Shown one piece after another: positions 1 to 10,885 of a stretch of 56,075 bases of DNA (positions are counted from its first letter, which is position 1; the number at the start of each line of letters is the position of its first letter). The position numbers and the translations under genes are program-made. The notes under the pieces are model-generated. The model did no database searches and had not been told where the DNA came from. It saw nothing but the letters and a program-made list of their open reading frames with translations. Origin of the DNA: a virus (lineage: Duplodnaviria > Caudoviricetes); IMG/VR virus record IMGVR_UViG_3300021185_002716, positions 1 through 56,075 of that record. One strand, 5' to 3'.

Positions 1-486
1 AAAGACACCGCAGTAGACCTAAGAATTAACAATTCTTCTAGACTTATATGTGATACAGGCGGTACTGAGTTTAGAAACGGAGGTACAATTGTTGGTGAGG
101 TAACTACATCAGGTGTAGCAAGGTTTATAAGCGATGTGATTGCATACTATAGTTACTCTGATCAAAGACTTAAAACAGACATTAAGGCAACTACAAATAA
201 CTTAGATAAAATACTTAAACTTGAGCCAGTAGAATACACCTGGAAAGATGGTGGAAGAGAAGGTAAAAAAGAAATTGGACTTATAGCCCAAGATGTAGAA
301 AAGGTTGTCCCTGAAGTAGTTAGAGAAAACGAAAGGTTAAATGACGACACCTTATATAAGCAGGTTGACTACGAGCACCTTGTATCAACCTTAATAGGGG
401 CTATACAAGAACAACAAGATCAAATTGCAGAATTAAAATCTGAGGTGACCAATTTAAAATCAACAATGTGTAATTGTAAAAAATAA
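1..486 (+). CDS. C-terminal part of a tail fibre/spike with peptidase S74 (intramolecular chaperone) domain; 5' truncated
   Basis: Frame is open from base 1. It carries YSDQRLKTDIK...LEPVEYTWK...IGLIAQDVEKVVPEVV...VDYEHL..LIGAIQE plus a coiled coil, the S74 autocleavage pattern. Confidence 0.9.
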   Translation, partial: KDTAVDLRINNSSRLICDTGGTEFRNGGTIVGEVTTSGVARFISDVIAYYSYSDQRLKTDIKATTNNLDKILKLEPVEYTWKDGGREGKKEIGLIAQDVEKVVPEVVRENERLNDDTLYKQVDYEHLVSTLIGAIQEQQDQIAELKSEVTNLKSTMCNCKK

Positions 487-490
487 AATT

Positions 491-865
491 ATGGCAAATA
501 CTTATAAAAAAGAAATAAATAAAATTTTTGTTCAGACTTATTACGTTAATGAGGAACTTACCTTAGTAGATGTGGTGACGAGAATTGACTACATGATAGT
601 AGGGACTTCTTCTAAGACAGATGCCTCTGCACATGAGGGTCCAATTACTTTCTACCCTAATAAACCGGGAAGTACAGACGGGTACATATTGTTTGATGAC
701 CTTACTAATCAAAATGTTTTAGATTGGCTTCCCGCCCTTACTCAAGAAGAGGAGGATAGGTATCACGGAGAAATAGACAGACTCATCTCCATGGTAGAGT
801 CACCAACAGAAGAACTAAGGCCACTTCCCTGGACTGTACTGAGCGATGAAGAATCACCTAATTAA
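491..865 (+). CDS. fibre-associated hypothetical protein (possible fibre assembly factor)
   Basis: 124-aa ORF directly after the fibre gene; FDDLTNQNVLDW and LPW motifs resemble small fibre-adjacent phage proteins. Confidence 0.5.
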   Translation: MANTYKKEINKIFVQTYYVNEELTLVDVVTRIDYMIVGTSSKTDASAHEGPITFYPNKPGSTDGYILFDDLTNQNVLDWLPALTQEEEDRYHGEIDRLISMVESPTEELRPLPWTVLSDEESPN

Positions 866-874
866 TCATTTGTT

Positions 875-1438
875 ATGGCGTGTCCAAGTTCAGGTCAAAT
901 TACTTTATGGGGCGTTGCTAAGGAGTTAGAACTTAATGACTACTTTAGTACAATACCCGTAAGCACTTATATTTCTTATTATGCAGACCCTGTGTCCCTA
1001 GCAAACATGAGTACTGGTGCAGGCGGATTTGATTCTATAAACACCGCCAACGCAGCGGCAAATAGACCGAACGGATCCAGTCCTCACAGTTTGGATGAGT
1101 TTTATGCATATAACCATGACGAGGTAGCACCAACACCTCCGGGAATCAACACAGTCAGTGCAAGTTGGAATAGTTCAACCGATACGGCATCTTTGCAGGC
1201 CTATATTTATTATGGTGCTGGTAGCATTAATAAAAGGGGTTTTGTGATTAGTGCCTACAACACGACCCCCGTCCAAAATCAGAGCGGTAGCATGACCTAT
1301 TTGGTAGGAAGTACTCTTAATCCTTATGCTACATCAGTAGGATTGGCCTCGGGGGCTACTTATTATGTAAGGGGTTTTGCTGAAAGTAATGCTGGTGCGG
1401 TAGGTTATGGTAATGTAAGAAGTTTTTATGCTTACTAA
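875..1438 (+). CDS. virion-associated protein with Fn3/Ig-like C-terminus
   Basis: N-terminus MACPSSGQITL...SLDEFY; C-terminal RGFV...GLASGATYYVRGFAESNAGAVGYG is Fn3-like. Confidence 0.55.
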   Translation: MACPSSGQITLWGVAKELELNDYFSTIPVSTYISYYADPVSLANMSTGAGGFDSINTANAAANRPNGSSPHSLDEFYAYNHDEVAPTPPGINTVSASWNSSTDTASLQAYIYYGAGSINKRGFVISAYNTTPVQNQSGSMTYLVGSTLNPYATSVGLASGATYYVRGFAESNAGAVGYGNVRSFYAY

Positions 1439-1574
1439 TCTACCAGAGTACAACTCATAATTTAAGGATCAATTCAATAGTATTTTAAAATACAGTTAAT
1501 AACAACAATCAAAAATTTAATATGATCACATACTAATTTCTTTTATTTGTATAACAAATTCAACAATTAAAATT

Positions 1575-1862
1575 ATGGCAAAGAAGATTAAAAAAGATGA
1601 ACTAGTAAAAGTTCAGGAAAACAATCAAAAGCAGTTTCAGATTAAAACCGCTTTGGCTGATTTGGTAATATCTAAAAGACAATATGATGCAAGAAAGGCA
1701 GAGTTATTTGCCAATCTTGATGAGACTGTCCAAGAGCAACAAGAGATTCAAAAAGAGTTGCAAGAAAAATACGGAGATGTTACTATCGATATTAGCAACG
1801 GTTCAATTATGGATGCTGCTCCTACTAATGTAGAGCAAGATGACGATAAAGGAGATTCATGA
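1575..1862 (+). CDS. small coiled-coil phage protein
   Basis: 95-aa ORF with A-rich leader; helical, ending ELQEKYGDVTIDISNG. Confidence 0.6.
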   Translation: MAKKIKKDELVKVQENNQKQFQIKTALADLVISKRQYDARKAELFANLDETVQEQQEIQKELQEKYGDVTIDISNGSIMDAAPTNVEQDDDKGDS

Positions 1863-2691
1863 TTATATAGTCTTTATACTTAATAAAGAGACTACTGGGT
1901 ATATATCTCATAAAGATATTGACGCTGTCATTGATAGAGGTCAGATGTCTAAGTTTATGGAGTTATACGGTAACCCAAAGCAACATCAGCCCGGTAGGCC
2001 AATCCCCCCTATCGCATATGGTCAGACACAAAAGATTAGTGATGACCTTAGATTCTTTAAAAGAAGAGAGCAGTTCACGACCACAAGTACTGGTATAATT
2101 GACTTCTCAACGCTTACAGAGTATCTTCACCTTTTGGGTGTATATGTTACTGGCACAATTAATAATACAACGGAGCATACCTTTACCACATCAAGTGATG
2201 GGGTAAGGACGTTTACATCCGGCACAACAAATCAAAATTACAGTAGATCTGTCAAGATAGTAAACGAAGATCAGTTGGCTGACAGGTTGATATCTCAAGT
2301 TGCCGCCCCAAATGTTACATCACCAATTGGTATATTAGGTAATGGCGGCAATAAAATACAACTGTTTCCAGAGGTAGAATTGTCTGGGTATATCATGTAT
2401 TTGAGTAGGCCACCCAAGCCTCTGTTTAGTCATGTTGTTGATGGTAGGAAGGTTATACACAACCCGTCATCATCAAGTGCAACATTTACTGCAACTAACG
2501 CATTGACGCTACCAGACGGAACTTCTGTTGCCGCAGGTGCAACATACACTTTAGCAGGTAGTATTGAAATTAGTTGGCCAGAAGATTGTATAAACGATAT
2601 TATAAATAAGGCTCTTGCGTCTCTTGGTGTACACATCGAAGATGCGAATGTATACCAGTACACGGAGGCTAAAAATCAAACAGGGCTATGA
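1840..2691 (+). CDS. putative tail ring / head-tail adaptor protein 1
   Basis: MTIKEIHDYIVFILNKETTGYIS...YLSRP...DIINKAL pattern; first of three overlapping genes ahead of the muzzle, as in crAss-like podoviruses. Confidence 0.6.
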   Translation: MTIKEIHDYIVFILNKETTGYISHKDIDAVIDRGQMSKFMELYGNPKQHQPGRPIPPIAYGQTQKISDDLRFFKRREQFTTTSTGIIDFSTLTEYLHLLGVYVTGTINNTTEHTFTTSSDGVRTFTSGTTNQNYSRSVKIVNEDQLADRLISQVAAPNVTSPIGILGNGGNKIQLFPEVELSGYIMYLSRPPKPLFSHVVDGRKVIHNPSSSSATFTATNALTLPDGTSVAAGATYTLAGSIEISWPEDCINDIINKALASLGVHIEDANVYQYTEAKNQTGL

Positions 2692-3314
2692 TAACCAAGG
2701 GGAAAATAACAGATCAAATATTAAGGTTATACACCGGAGGTAGTCCTAATGATGAAAAAGAAATCTCCAGAGATGACATTAACTTGATTGTTGGTCAGGT
2801 GATTAATAGGCTACTGAAGTTGGAGCACGCTTCTGTTAACATGGCTAATGGTGACATGTATCCACCTCACACCTTAATAACTCAATACAAGATATCACTC
2901 TCCGGATCTTATGATTCTAATGGGTCTATGTTTGATAAGTTTGCGAAACTTCCAGTGATGCCTATATCCCTACCAAGAAATATGGGGGTATGGAATGTGT
3001 CCATGAGTGGAATTGAATTTATACCACTCCAGAGCGGACAGGAGACTATGATTGGTTCACAGGATCAGTTACAATATCTTGAAAATCAAATTGGATATTA
3101 TGTTGAGGGTGACGTAGTTAGATTTACTAAAGATCCATCGGGTTCTAATATAAACGTCAGGTTATTAATCGTAGATCCAACTGTACTGGGAGAGTATGAT
3201 TATCTAGCAATCCCTGCTGAAATGGAGGAGGCTGTAATAAAAGAAGTTTTAACCCTACTCGGTGCGTTACCTAAAGTTGTAGATAAAGCATCAGATTCAA
3301 ATAGTCAGATATGA
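2688..3314 (+). CDS. putative tail ring protein 2
   Basis: ATGA overlap coupling; C-terminal IPAEMEEAVIKEV motif; position. Confidence 0.55.
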   Translation: MITKGKITDQILRLYTGGSPNDEKEISRDDINLIVGQVINRLLKLEHASVNMANGDMYPPHTLITQYKISLSGSYDSNGSMFDKFAKLPVMPISLPRNMGVWNVSMSGIEFIPLQSGQETMIGSQDQLQYLENQIGYYVEGDVVRFTKDPSGSNINVRLLIVDPTVLGEYDYLAIPAEMEEAVIKEVLTLLGALPKVVDKASDSNSQI

Positions 3315-4066
3315 AAGTATATACAGTAAATGAAATAGTTAGATCGGCTCTTTTAACAACGGGCAAACCTATTCATTACTATATGAATTATTTGCACTAT
3401 GCTTTAAAGGGTGTCAAAGAAATAGGGTTCGATTCTCCGTTTAAAATTAAGTCTACCAAAATAACTATAGACAATAACAGAGAAGTTACCATCCCGGATG
3501 ATTACGTTGATTACGTTAGGATAGGATGGGAAAATGGTCAATATGTAAAAAATCTAATTGAAAAAGATTCTTACAATAGATTGATGAAGTTTGACAACAA
3601 TGGAAATCAAATTCCATATGAAGATGCTGAAAGCGATCAAGATCTTATTTATGCAGAAAATAATGACACCCACGCTAATGACAAGAGCGAGCACATTGGT
3701 AGGCACTTTGGCCATAAACCGACTTATAAAAATTCTTTTATGGTTATACCAGAAAGAAATAAAATTCTATTTGATCCTTCTTTAGGTGTAGGCAAAACAA
3801 TTGTTATAGATTATATAACAACCGGACTTCCAGAAAAAAGCAGCGATGCTACAACTTTACCGGCATATGCCGCTGAAGCAATAGAAAGATATGTTTTATG
3901 GAGGTTTGCCGAGCAAGATAGAAATGCTCCGATGAACCAAAAGTTAATGGCAAAAGAAGAGTGGAACCAGGCACACAAAAGGTATAGAAGTAGAAGGTAT
4001 AATCTTTCTATGGATGATATACTTAAGTCTTTGCGTTCACACACTTACGCTGCTTTTAAAGGATAA
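3311..4066 (+). CDS. putative tail ring / tubular protein 3
   Basis: VTIPDDYVDYVRIG and IVIDYITTG...AEAIERYVLW motifs typical of tail tubular/ring proteins; position. Confidence 0.65.
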   Translation: MKVYTVNEIVRSALLTTGKPIHYYMNYLHYALKGVKEIGFDSPFKIKSTKITIDNNREVTIPDDYVDYVRIGWENGQYVKNLIEKDSYNRLMKFDNNGNQIPYEDAESDQDLIYAENNDTHANDKSEHIGRHFGHKPTYKNSFMVIPERNKILFDPSLGVGKTIVIDYITTGLPEKSSDATTLPAYAAEAIERYVLWRFAEQDRNAPMNQKLMAKEEWNQAHKRYRSRRYNLSMDDILKSLRSHTYAAFKG

Positions 4067-4068
4067 TA

Positions 4069-7000
4069 ATGAATAGATCTAAAAAGACATTCCTAACGGG
4101 TCTCAACTTCGATGACTCCTTTTATGCTCATAGAAAAGAGGATACTATAGACGCTCTAAACGCAAAGGTAGTGACTTCCGATGAGGGTAAGGCGGGCTCG
4201 TTGTCTAATGTTTTTGGCAATAGACTAGTGTCAAATCAATTCTTAGATCGATTTGCATTTCCTAAAGTGATAGGGACATACGAAGACTCAAACACAAATG
4301 ACCTTTATTACTTTATTAAAGATGATAATGAAAGTTATATTTTCAAGTACGATGTATCTGACAACTTTGTTTATTTAGTTTTAAGAGATCAAGACTTTAA
4401 TGATGGTTACACTTTAAACTTTTCAAAAAGCAAACCTGTCACTGGAGTTTATTTTGTAGATAAACTTTTATATTGGACTGGCCCAGATGAAAGAGAGCCT
4501 AGCAGAATTAATGTAGACCGTGGTATTAAAATGCACCACTCAGGATATACTACAGAAGAAACTGCATATACAGACAAACTTTCTAAGCACTTAGTGACGG
4601 TGATAAGAAAACCTCCCATGTTGCCGTTGGTTACTGAAGCACAAGAAGATACATCAAGAGACACTACGTTCTTGAAATCAAGATCGTTGACATTTGCATA
4701 TAGATATATATATAAAGATGGTGAGACGAGTGTTTTTTCGCCATCTTCAGATATGTATCCAAATCAAGATGTTGATAACGCAAACCACAAAACAACTAAA
4801 AAAATCAAAGTCAGTTTCCCGTTTGGTGAAGCAGAGACTTATGGAATATCAGACGATATAGATAAGGTCCAGTTTTCAGTAAAGTTTGATAATGACACAT
4901 CTTATTTCATATGGAAGGAGTTTGATAGAGACAGGGATTCAGGTTTGTTTGCAAACCAAAAGAGAAGTGTTGCAGGTGTGTTGTCTGGAGATTTCCACAA
5001 TGACGTTTTAGGAAGGGCCGTTAGCGATAGCAATTCTATTAAGTTATATGACACTGTTCCTACAGAGGCCCAAGCACTTACTGTTGCAAGAAATAGATTG
5101 TTCTTAGGAAACTTCAAGGAAGGAAGAGTAAATCCAAGAAGCCTTACTGCGTCCGACATGACTGCTAGTGTTGATAGAAGGATTTTAAATACTTCTACTT
5201 TTAATCAAACGACCAGAAATGATGGTGGAACCAGGGGGTTCTCCTCCTCTTCCGCCTACCAGGTAGGTATTGCATTTTATGATTTTGCAGGAAGATCTGG
5301 AGGTGTTTTAACAAACGACAGCCTAAAGGTTGTTACGCAAGAAAGAACATTAGCCCTTTATAATTATAATAAATCAATTAAATATTCATTTGGACAAAAT
5401 TTCAATACCGCAATTCCAGATTGGGCAACCCACTATTCTATATTAAGAACAAAAAACTTAACAAAAGATTTTTCATTAACAAACCTTATTGATTCGATAA
5501 GATACTATAGGTTTGATAGCAGCGGATCGTTTACCGTAAACGTAGAAAATGTGGATGAAAACGGTGTACTTAATGGAAGTTTTTCAGAGAATGAGTATAC
5601 TGATTTTAGTCCTGACCACGAAGGTGTTGCTATTGGTCTTGGTGATTTAACCTCATTCAAGCAGGGGTATAGTTTTCAGAATGGAGATAGAGTCAAGGTC
5701 TTGACGGGAAGTGATGTATATGAATTTGCTATAACAGGAGTTTTTGGTAAGTATGTTACAGTCAATCTTGTTGACTTAAATGGGATTAATTATTTTAATG
5801 TAGCATCTTTAGCAAACAAGGATTACAAGTTTATATACGAGATATATAGCCCTCATAAGCAACAAGAGAATGAATTTTTCTATGAGGCAAAAAGATACAA
5901 GGTGGTTAATCCAGGGTTGTCTAATAGATCTTTGCAAACCCTTCATGACGACCTTCGGGGGGATGTGTACTTAAAAAGCAGAGATGCGGATACCTCAACT
6001 GTTGAGCCATTTACTTGGGAATCAGAAGATAACACGGCAAACGATAATGAGCAACCAATTAAAAATGCTAGCATAGATTATGTTGATAATGCATCTTTTT
6101 ACGGTTCGGGTTTAAATGATGCTGGATCAAATGCGGGGGTGACCACAACAACAGAGATACAGGATAAAAGAATAGATATTAAAATCACCTCTACCTCAAC
6201 AAATGGAGATAAAATAAAATGGGCTGTTAGAAGTAGAAACCAACGGATGAACTCCGCCAACTACAGTTATGGTGGGTCTTCAGGGACAACAATCGTGGCA
6301 GGAACGCCTATAACACTACTTAGTGGAGTCACGATAACATTTGATGCCGCCACAGGCCACACTCTTAATGACAGGTGGACTATAAATTTAAAGACCGAGA
6401 GTTTTGCGAGCAACAGCGAAATGGAAGAACATACATATCAATTGTATTCTTCGCCTCCAAACGGAATTATTTTAGCGGGTAGTAAAATTGACTTTTCTTA
6501 TTATGAAAAGAAAAAAAGAAATTTAGCGAGTGATCAAACGATTGAGTTTGATTTTACTACTCAACCTTCTGATGTATCTCAAAACTATAATAGTTTAGAA
6601 GAATTATTTTGGGAAACCTCTTTTGGTAGTTCGTTTAATAATAGGTTTGATTTTGATAAAATTTATTTTAGAAGAGGAACTGTAACAACTGGTGGTAATG
6701 GTGGGAAAAACCAGATATACATCTTAAACACAACGGCTGATACTGCTTCGGCAACTTGGCCTTCAGGCTCAGATGTAACTGCTGTACATGTTATTTTGAA
6801 ATCAAATAGAGAGCAGGATAATGAAACTGAAGGCAGAGTTAGCAGCAAGGGTACTTTAAAAATTGATGAGCCAGACGACTACTCCTACTCTACTGAACTA
6901 ATGAATCCAAGTGATGATTATTTCTTGAATTGGGTTCAAATTACTGGTAGGCCAAATTTAGTGCCAGATGACGTAAGTAGCCAAAACAAAGTGACCGGAA

Positions 7001-9354
7001 TAACATTTTCAGAAACTAAAATACCAGGCAGTAAAGTAAATGGCTTATCAAAATTTAGTGCACTTGATGAGGATAGGCTTGATGAGGTAACGGGTCCGAT
7101 TAGAAAATTAACTCTTACAACAAAAACACAATCCACTGGCACTGTGATGCTTGCTATATCAGAAAACGAAAGCACCGCTATATACCTAGGTGAGTCCCAG
7201 TTGCAAGGAGCATCGAGTGGCAATGAGTTCCTTTCTGTATCAAAAAGTGTGATTGGCACCAAGAATACCTTACAGGGATCTTTTGGTACAATAAACCCAG
7301 AGTCTGTAGTTACAAACGAAGGACGAGCATTTTGGTTTGATGCAAAAAACTCAACAGTGGTCAGGTACACCGGAGAAGGTTTAATGCCTATTGGTGATCT
7401 AAAAATGAAAACTTATTTTAGAGAAAAGGCTAAGGAGGTGTTCAGAAACAACACTATTGTTCCTGCTACTTTTGACGACTTTAACAATGAGTATATAATT
7501 ACATTCCCATCACACGAAGAAACAACAATTGTGTTACAGCAAGATGCGGAATTTGAGTTAAATCCATCAGAAGACTTTACAAACCCCGCAAACGAAGCAT
7601 TAAATGGAACCATACCAGTTTCAATTATTTCGCCATGGGGTATTACAAAATACGTTCAATTTACAAATGGCGTTGGCACTATAGTTTTTGATAGTGAATA
7701 TAAGTTTCAAATACCCTCCAACTTCTTACAGTACCCAACAGGGAACACAACAATAACTGTTGCAAACTCAACGGGGACTCCATTCACGACATCAACAAGC
7801 GGTGGAGTTATACTACATTCCGCAGGAACAGGTGGGCTGACTGTGTCAAATGTTTTTGACGATGTGGCGGCAGTGATTTTAAATTTAACTAGAGTTAACG
7901 ACCCTTTAACGGGAGATATAGTTATAGAACTTCCAAGGGTTTATACAGAGACATCTGCTTTAGAATACTCTTACGAGCAGGGATCAAACCCTACACCTTT
8001 ACTATTTAATACAAATAACACCATTACAACGGATGATGATATTCATCAGGCGACATTTTCTGCTTCCAATGGGTCTGTTTCCATACCACTAAAATCTAAT
8101 GGACACTGGGGGATTGGTGTAGATAGCCCGAATGATGGTTGTTTTTATGTTGACAATGAGACGTTTGAAGATCCAGATCAAATACCAATTGCAAATCTTG
8201 TAGTTGGTGGTGCTCAAAGCAACACGGACTCTAATGGAAATATCATTGCCTACGATCCTTCTACATTTACTGTAACTGTATCTGGAATAGAGGATAATAT
8301 AAATAAAATAATTCTAGATAGTAGGCCAAGAACAACTCCTTTAATGTCCACTTCTGAACCATCTGGCCTTTCACAAACAGGCGTAACATTAAATGCATCC
8401 ATACTTAATGATGGTGCAGGTGAAACTTCTGCATATGGGTTTGTGTGGAGTTTAACAAACGCAGATCCAACCATATCTGATTCATCAGGTACAACGATTA
8501 TAACTACCGCAACGTCTTTATCGGGATCGGTATCTTATAGTACAGATATTACTGGGTTAACTGCAGGTGACCTAATATATTACCAAGCATATGTTACAAC
8601 AGACTTGGGTACATTTTATTCTGGTGCTGTAACGCACGAAACCGCATCATCAAATGTAACCGCACCTTCAGTAACCACAGGATCTTTTAACGCATCAGAC
8701 AATAGTATAACAGGAACTGTAACTGCAAACGGAGGGGATACGGCAGGAACAAATGGAATCACCGAAATGGGCTTTGTTTATAGTACAGTAAACACGATCC
8801 CTGCCCTTGATGATTCGAGTGGAACCACTTCTATCTCTAACCCTTTATCTAATATAACTGGATTTCCACATATATTTAAAAGAACAGGCCTATTACTTAT
8901 TTCAAGTTCCACCTATTATTTTAGAGCATATGCAAAGAATAGTGTAGGAACTGCATATGGGAGTGTAACTCAGGTAACGACAGCAGCCCCAAATGGATTT
9001 ATATCTGGTGTCCAAAGAATTGGCGGAAGTCTTTTAAACCAAAATGGTGGAACTGTTACATTTAGATTTAATAGAGATTCGAATTTCACAACAGCAACAG
9101 GAACTGCAAGAATAAAAGTACTTGGAGACGGAAACCCCATCACGACTAGAACAGTAAATCTATCTGTTTCTGGGTCTTATCAGGATCGTGGTATAAACAT
9201 TCCTATTAACCCTAGTTCATCTAGTATAACTTTATCATTTCAACTTAGTTCCTTTAGCCCATCGTCATTGAACGGTACGGGGCAAACGCTGCCTTTGAAT
9301 ATACCAGGAGGGACGGTACAACAAGCAGGAACGGGTGGGCCTAGTACGCCATAA
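4069..9354 (+). CDS. muzzle / tail stabilisation protein, N-terminal part, with Ig/Fn3-like extension
   Basis: DALN start, LLYWT..EPSRINV, FAYRYIYKDGETSVFSP, NRLFLGN, YQVGIAFYDFAGR, FGTINPES, FWFD, ISD/GMK-like IGDLKMKTYF; the last ~600 aa are Thr/Ser-rich Fn3-like repeats. Confidence 0.75.
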   Translation: MNRSKKTFLTGLNFDDSFYAHRKEDTIDALNAKVVTSDEGKAGSLSNVFGNRLVSNQFLDRFAFPKVIGTYEDSNTNDLYYFIKDDNESYIFKYDVSDNFVYLVLRDQDFNDGYTLNFSKSKPVTGVYFVDKLLYWTGPDEREPSRINVDRGIKMHHSGYTTEETAYTDKLSKHLVTVIRKPPMLPLVTEAQEDTSRDTTFLKSRSLTFAYRYIYKDGETSVFSPSSDMYPNQDVDNANHKTTKKIKVSFPFGEAETYGISDDIDKVQFSVKFDNDTSYFIWKEFDRDRDSGLFANQKRSVAGVLSGDFHNDVLGRAVSDSNSIKLYDTVPTEAQALTVARNRLFLGNFKEGRVNPRSLTASDMTASVDRRILNTSTFNQTTRNDGGTRGFSSSSAYQVGIAFYDFAGRSGGVLTNDSLKVVTQERTLALYNYNKSIKYSFGQNFNTAIPDWATHYSILRTKNLTKDFSLTNLIDSIRYYRFDSSGSFTVNVENVDENGVLNGSFSENEYTDFSPDHEGVAIGLGDLTSFKQGYSFQNGDRVKVLTGSDVYEFAITGVFGKYVTVNLVDLNGINYFNVASLANKDYKFIYEIYSPHKQQENEFFYEAKRYKVVNPGLSNRSLQTLHDDLRGDVYLKSRDADTSTVEPFTWESEDNTANDNEQPIKNASIDYVDNASFYGSGLNDAGSNAGVTTTTEIQDKRIDIKITSTSTNGDKIKWAVRSRNQRMNSANYSYGGSSGTTIVAGTPITLLSGVTITFDAATGHTLNDRWTINLKTESFASNSEMEEHTYQLYSSPPNGIILAGSKIDFSYYEKKKRNLASDQTIEFDFTTQPSDVSQNYNSLEELFWETSFGSSFNNRFDFDKIYFRRGTVTTGGNGGKNQIYILNTTADTASATWPSGSDVTAVHVILKSNREQDNETEGRVSSKGTLKIDEPDDYSYSTELMNPSDDYFLNWVQITGRPNLVPDDVSSQNKVTGITFSETKIPGSKVNGLSKFSALDEDRLDEVTGPIRKLTLTTKTQSTGTVMLAISENESTAIYLGESQLQGASSGNEFLSVSKSVIGTKNTLQGSFGTINPESVVTNEGRAFWFDAKNSTVVRYTGEGLMPIGDLKMKTYFREKAKEVFRNNTIVPATFDDFNNEYIITFPSHEETTIVLQQDAEFELNPSEDFTNPANEALNGTIPVSIISPWGITKYVQFTNGVGTIVFDSEYKFQIPSNFLQYPTGNTTITVANSTGTPFTTSTSGGVILHSAGTGGLTVSNVFDDVAAVILNLTRVNDPLTGDIVIELPRVYTETSALEYSYEQGSNPTPLLFNTNNTITTDDDIHQATFSASNGSVSIPLKSNGHWGIGVDSPNDGCFYVDNETFEDPDQIPIANLVVGGAQSNTDSNGNIIAYDPSTFTVTVSGIEDNINKIILDSRPRTTPLMSTSEPSGLSQTGVTLNASILNDGAGETSAYGFVWSLTNADPTISDSSGTTIITTATSLSGSVSYSTDITGLTAGDLIYYQAYVTTDLGTFYSGAVTHETASSNVTAPSVTTGSFNASDNSITGTVTANGGDTAGTNGITEMGFVYSTVNTIPALDDSSGTTSISNPLSNITGFPHIFKRTGLLLISSSTYYFRAYAKNSVGTAYGSVTQVTTAAPNGFISGVQRIGGSLLNQNGGTVTFRFNRDSNFTTATGTARIKVLGDGNPITTRTVNLSVSGSYQDRGINIPINPSSSSITLSFQLSSFSPSSLNGTGQTLPLNIPGGTVQQAGTGGPSTP

Positions 9355-9410
9355 TATTAAAATGAAGAAATTTAAAAGATATGCTATAAGTACAATAATA
9401 AAAGTTAGAC

Positions 9411-10268
9411 ATGAGTAATTTTAGTTTAGATACACAATACGGAATAAATGATCAGTTGAAGATTGATATTGATTTATCAAACAACAATCCCACAACAGGT
9501 CAAACCGTTGATCTTGTCGTGAAGTTTGGAAACGATGAGGAGGTTATCTACAACCAAACTGGAGTTGGGACTACGCCTAACATCATAATATTACACACTG
9601 TTACTAGTCTTAATAAAAGTTATCCTGTAGTAAAACTGGAATTTAGTAACACTTCGGCAGGTGCTTATGGTTGGGGAACAAGGATTAGGATATTTAAAAA
9701 AGTTGAAGAAGTGTTTTTCCAACCACAAACAGGTAGAAAAGCGACTATAACTTTTAATAACGATATCAATAGATGGACATCTAGGTACTCATTTTTACCT
9801 GAATTTATGGCAACACATGAGCAGGGAATCATGACGTTTCTAAACGGACACCTATATATTCATGATGATTCTTTAAATAAAAACTATTTTTACGGTATTG
9901 TTTACCCTACATATGTTTCATATGTAGAGAACGAGTTTCCTAGTCAAACTAAAGTGTTTTTAACACATAGTGTCGAGGGCAAAGGAAAACCAAGTTATGC
10001 GACATTTGAGTGTGCAGATGATTACCAAATGTTTACTGACCTGGTGAATGATGACTATGTAAAGAGGGAGGCTGTTCATTACTCTGAAATAATGGGAGAC
10101 ACAAATGATCCTAACGTAGCAGAAAATGCAGTCTACGGAGACAAACTAAGAAACGGAACTAAACTAAGAGGTCAATACGTTAAAGTCGGGGTGACCTTCA
10201 GAGAAAACGACCTAGAGGTTAAACACTCCAATATAGGGTTTATAGCCAGTAAAGGTCACGGAACTTAA
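9411..10268 (+). CDS. muzzle / stabilisation protein, C-terminal part
   Basis: TITFNNDINRWTSRYSFLPE...FLNGHLYIHD...NYFYG...KVF...KRE...LRGQY match the usual C-terminal segment of this family. Confidence 0.65.
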   Translation: MSNFSLDTQYGINDQLKIDIDLSNNNPTTGQTVDLVVKFGNDEEVIYNQTGVGTTPNIIILHTVTSLNKSYPVVKLEFSNTSAGAYGWGTRIRIFKKVEEVFFQPQTGRKATITFNNDINRWTSRYSFLPEFMATHEQGIMTFLNGHLYIHDDSLNKNYFYGIVYPTYVSYVENEFPSQTKVFLTHSVEGKGKPSYATFECADDYQMFTDLVNDDYVKREAVHYSEIMGDTNDPNVAENAVYGDKLRNGTKLRGQYVKVGVTFRENDLEVKHSNIGFIASKGHGT

Positions 10269-10279
10269 AAAAATATATT

Positions 10280-10873
10280 ATGTCAGCAGAAGCAGGTAAA
10301 GCCTTTGGTCTTATTGGTGGAGGTCTTCAGGCAGTTGGGGGTTTAGCACAACTGGCTTCAGGAATCTTCGGTAGGAAGGGAAGGCAAAGAAGACTTGAAA
10401 ACTTAATTGCATCAAGACCAAAATATCAAATCCCAAAAGAAATACAACAAGACATGGAGATGAGAAGAAACCGTGTCAACTCTCAACTTGACGAGCAACA
10501 GGCATTGCGTGATAATTTGTTTACTCAACAGCAAAATCAAATAGCAATGGCTCAACAATCAGGTGGATCAATAGAAGACATGTTGGCTGTTGGTGCTAGT
10601 CAAGATGCCTCAATGAGTAATGCCTTAATCAATGCACAAGCACAAGGAGCATCACAAAGAGCACAAAGACTTGATGATTTTTCTCAAGCCGGGATGAACC
10701 TTGCTCAAGCAAAAGATCAAGCGTTTAAAATAAACGAATTAGATCCTGCTAACATGAGAATAAAAGGCACACTAGCAAATGATGCTATGTCTAGAGAGAT
10801 GACCTTTGGCGGACTTAATCAAGCAGGTGGAGGTTTAGCAAACATAGGATCTACATTAATAGCAACAGCATAA
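10280..10873 (+). CDS. putative ejected/internal virion (cargo) protein
   Basis: Gly/Ala-rich hydrophobic N-terminus and Gln/Ala-rich helices; directly after the muzzle. Confidence 0.6.
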   Translation: MSAEAGKAFGLIGGGLQAVGGLAQLASGIFGRKGRQRRLENLIASRPKYQIPKEIQQDMEMRRNRVNSQLDEQQALRDNLFTQQQNQIAMAQQSGGSIEDMLAVGASQDASMSNALINAQAQGASQRAQRLDDFSQAGMNLAQAKDQAFKINELDPANMRIKGTLANDAMSREMTFGGLNQAGGGLANIGSTLIATA

Positions 10874-10885
10874 AAACGGTTAAAA

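Noticed and set aside
9352-9417. Read-through or frameshift joining the two muzzle ORFs; 18-aa ORF at 9362
   Set aside because: Further stops follow in the upstream frame and precede 9411 in its frame (TAA at 9399); no evidence the mini-ORF is real
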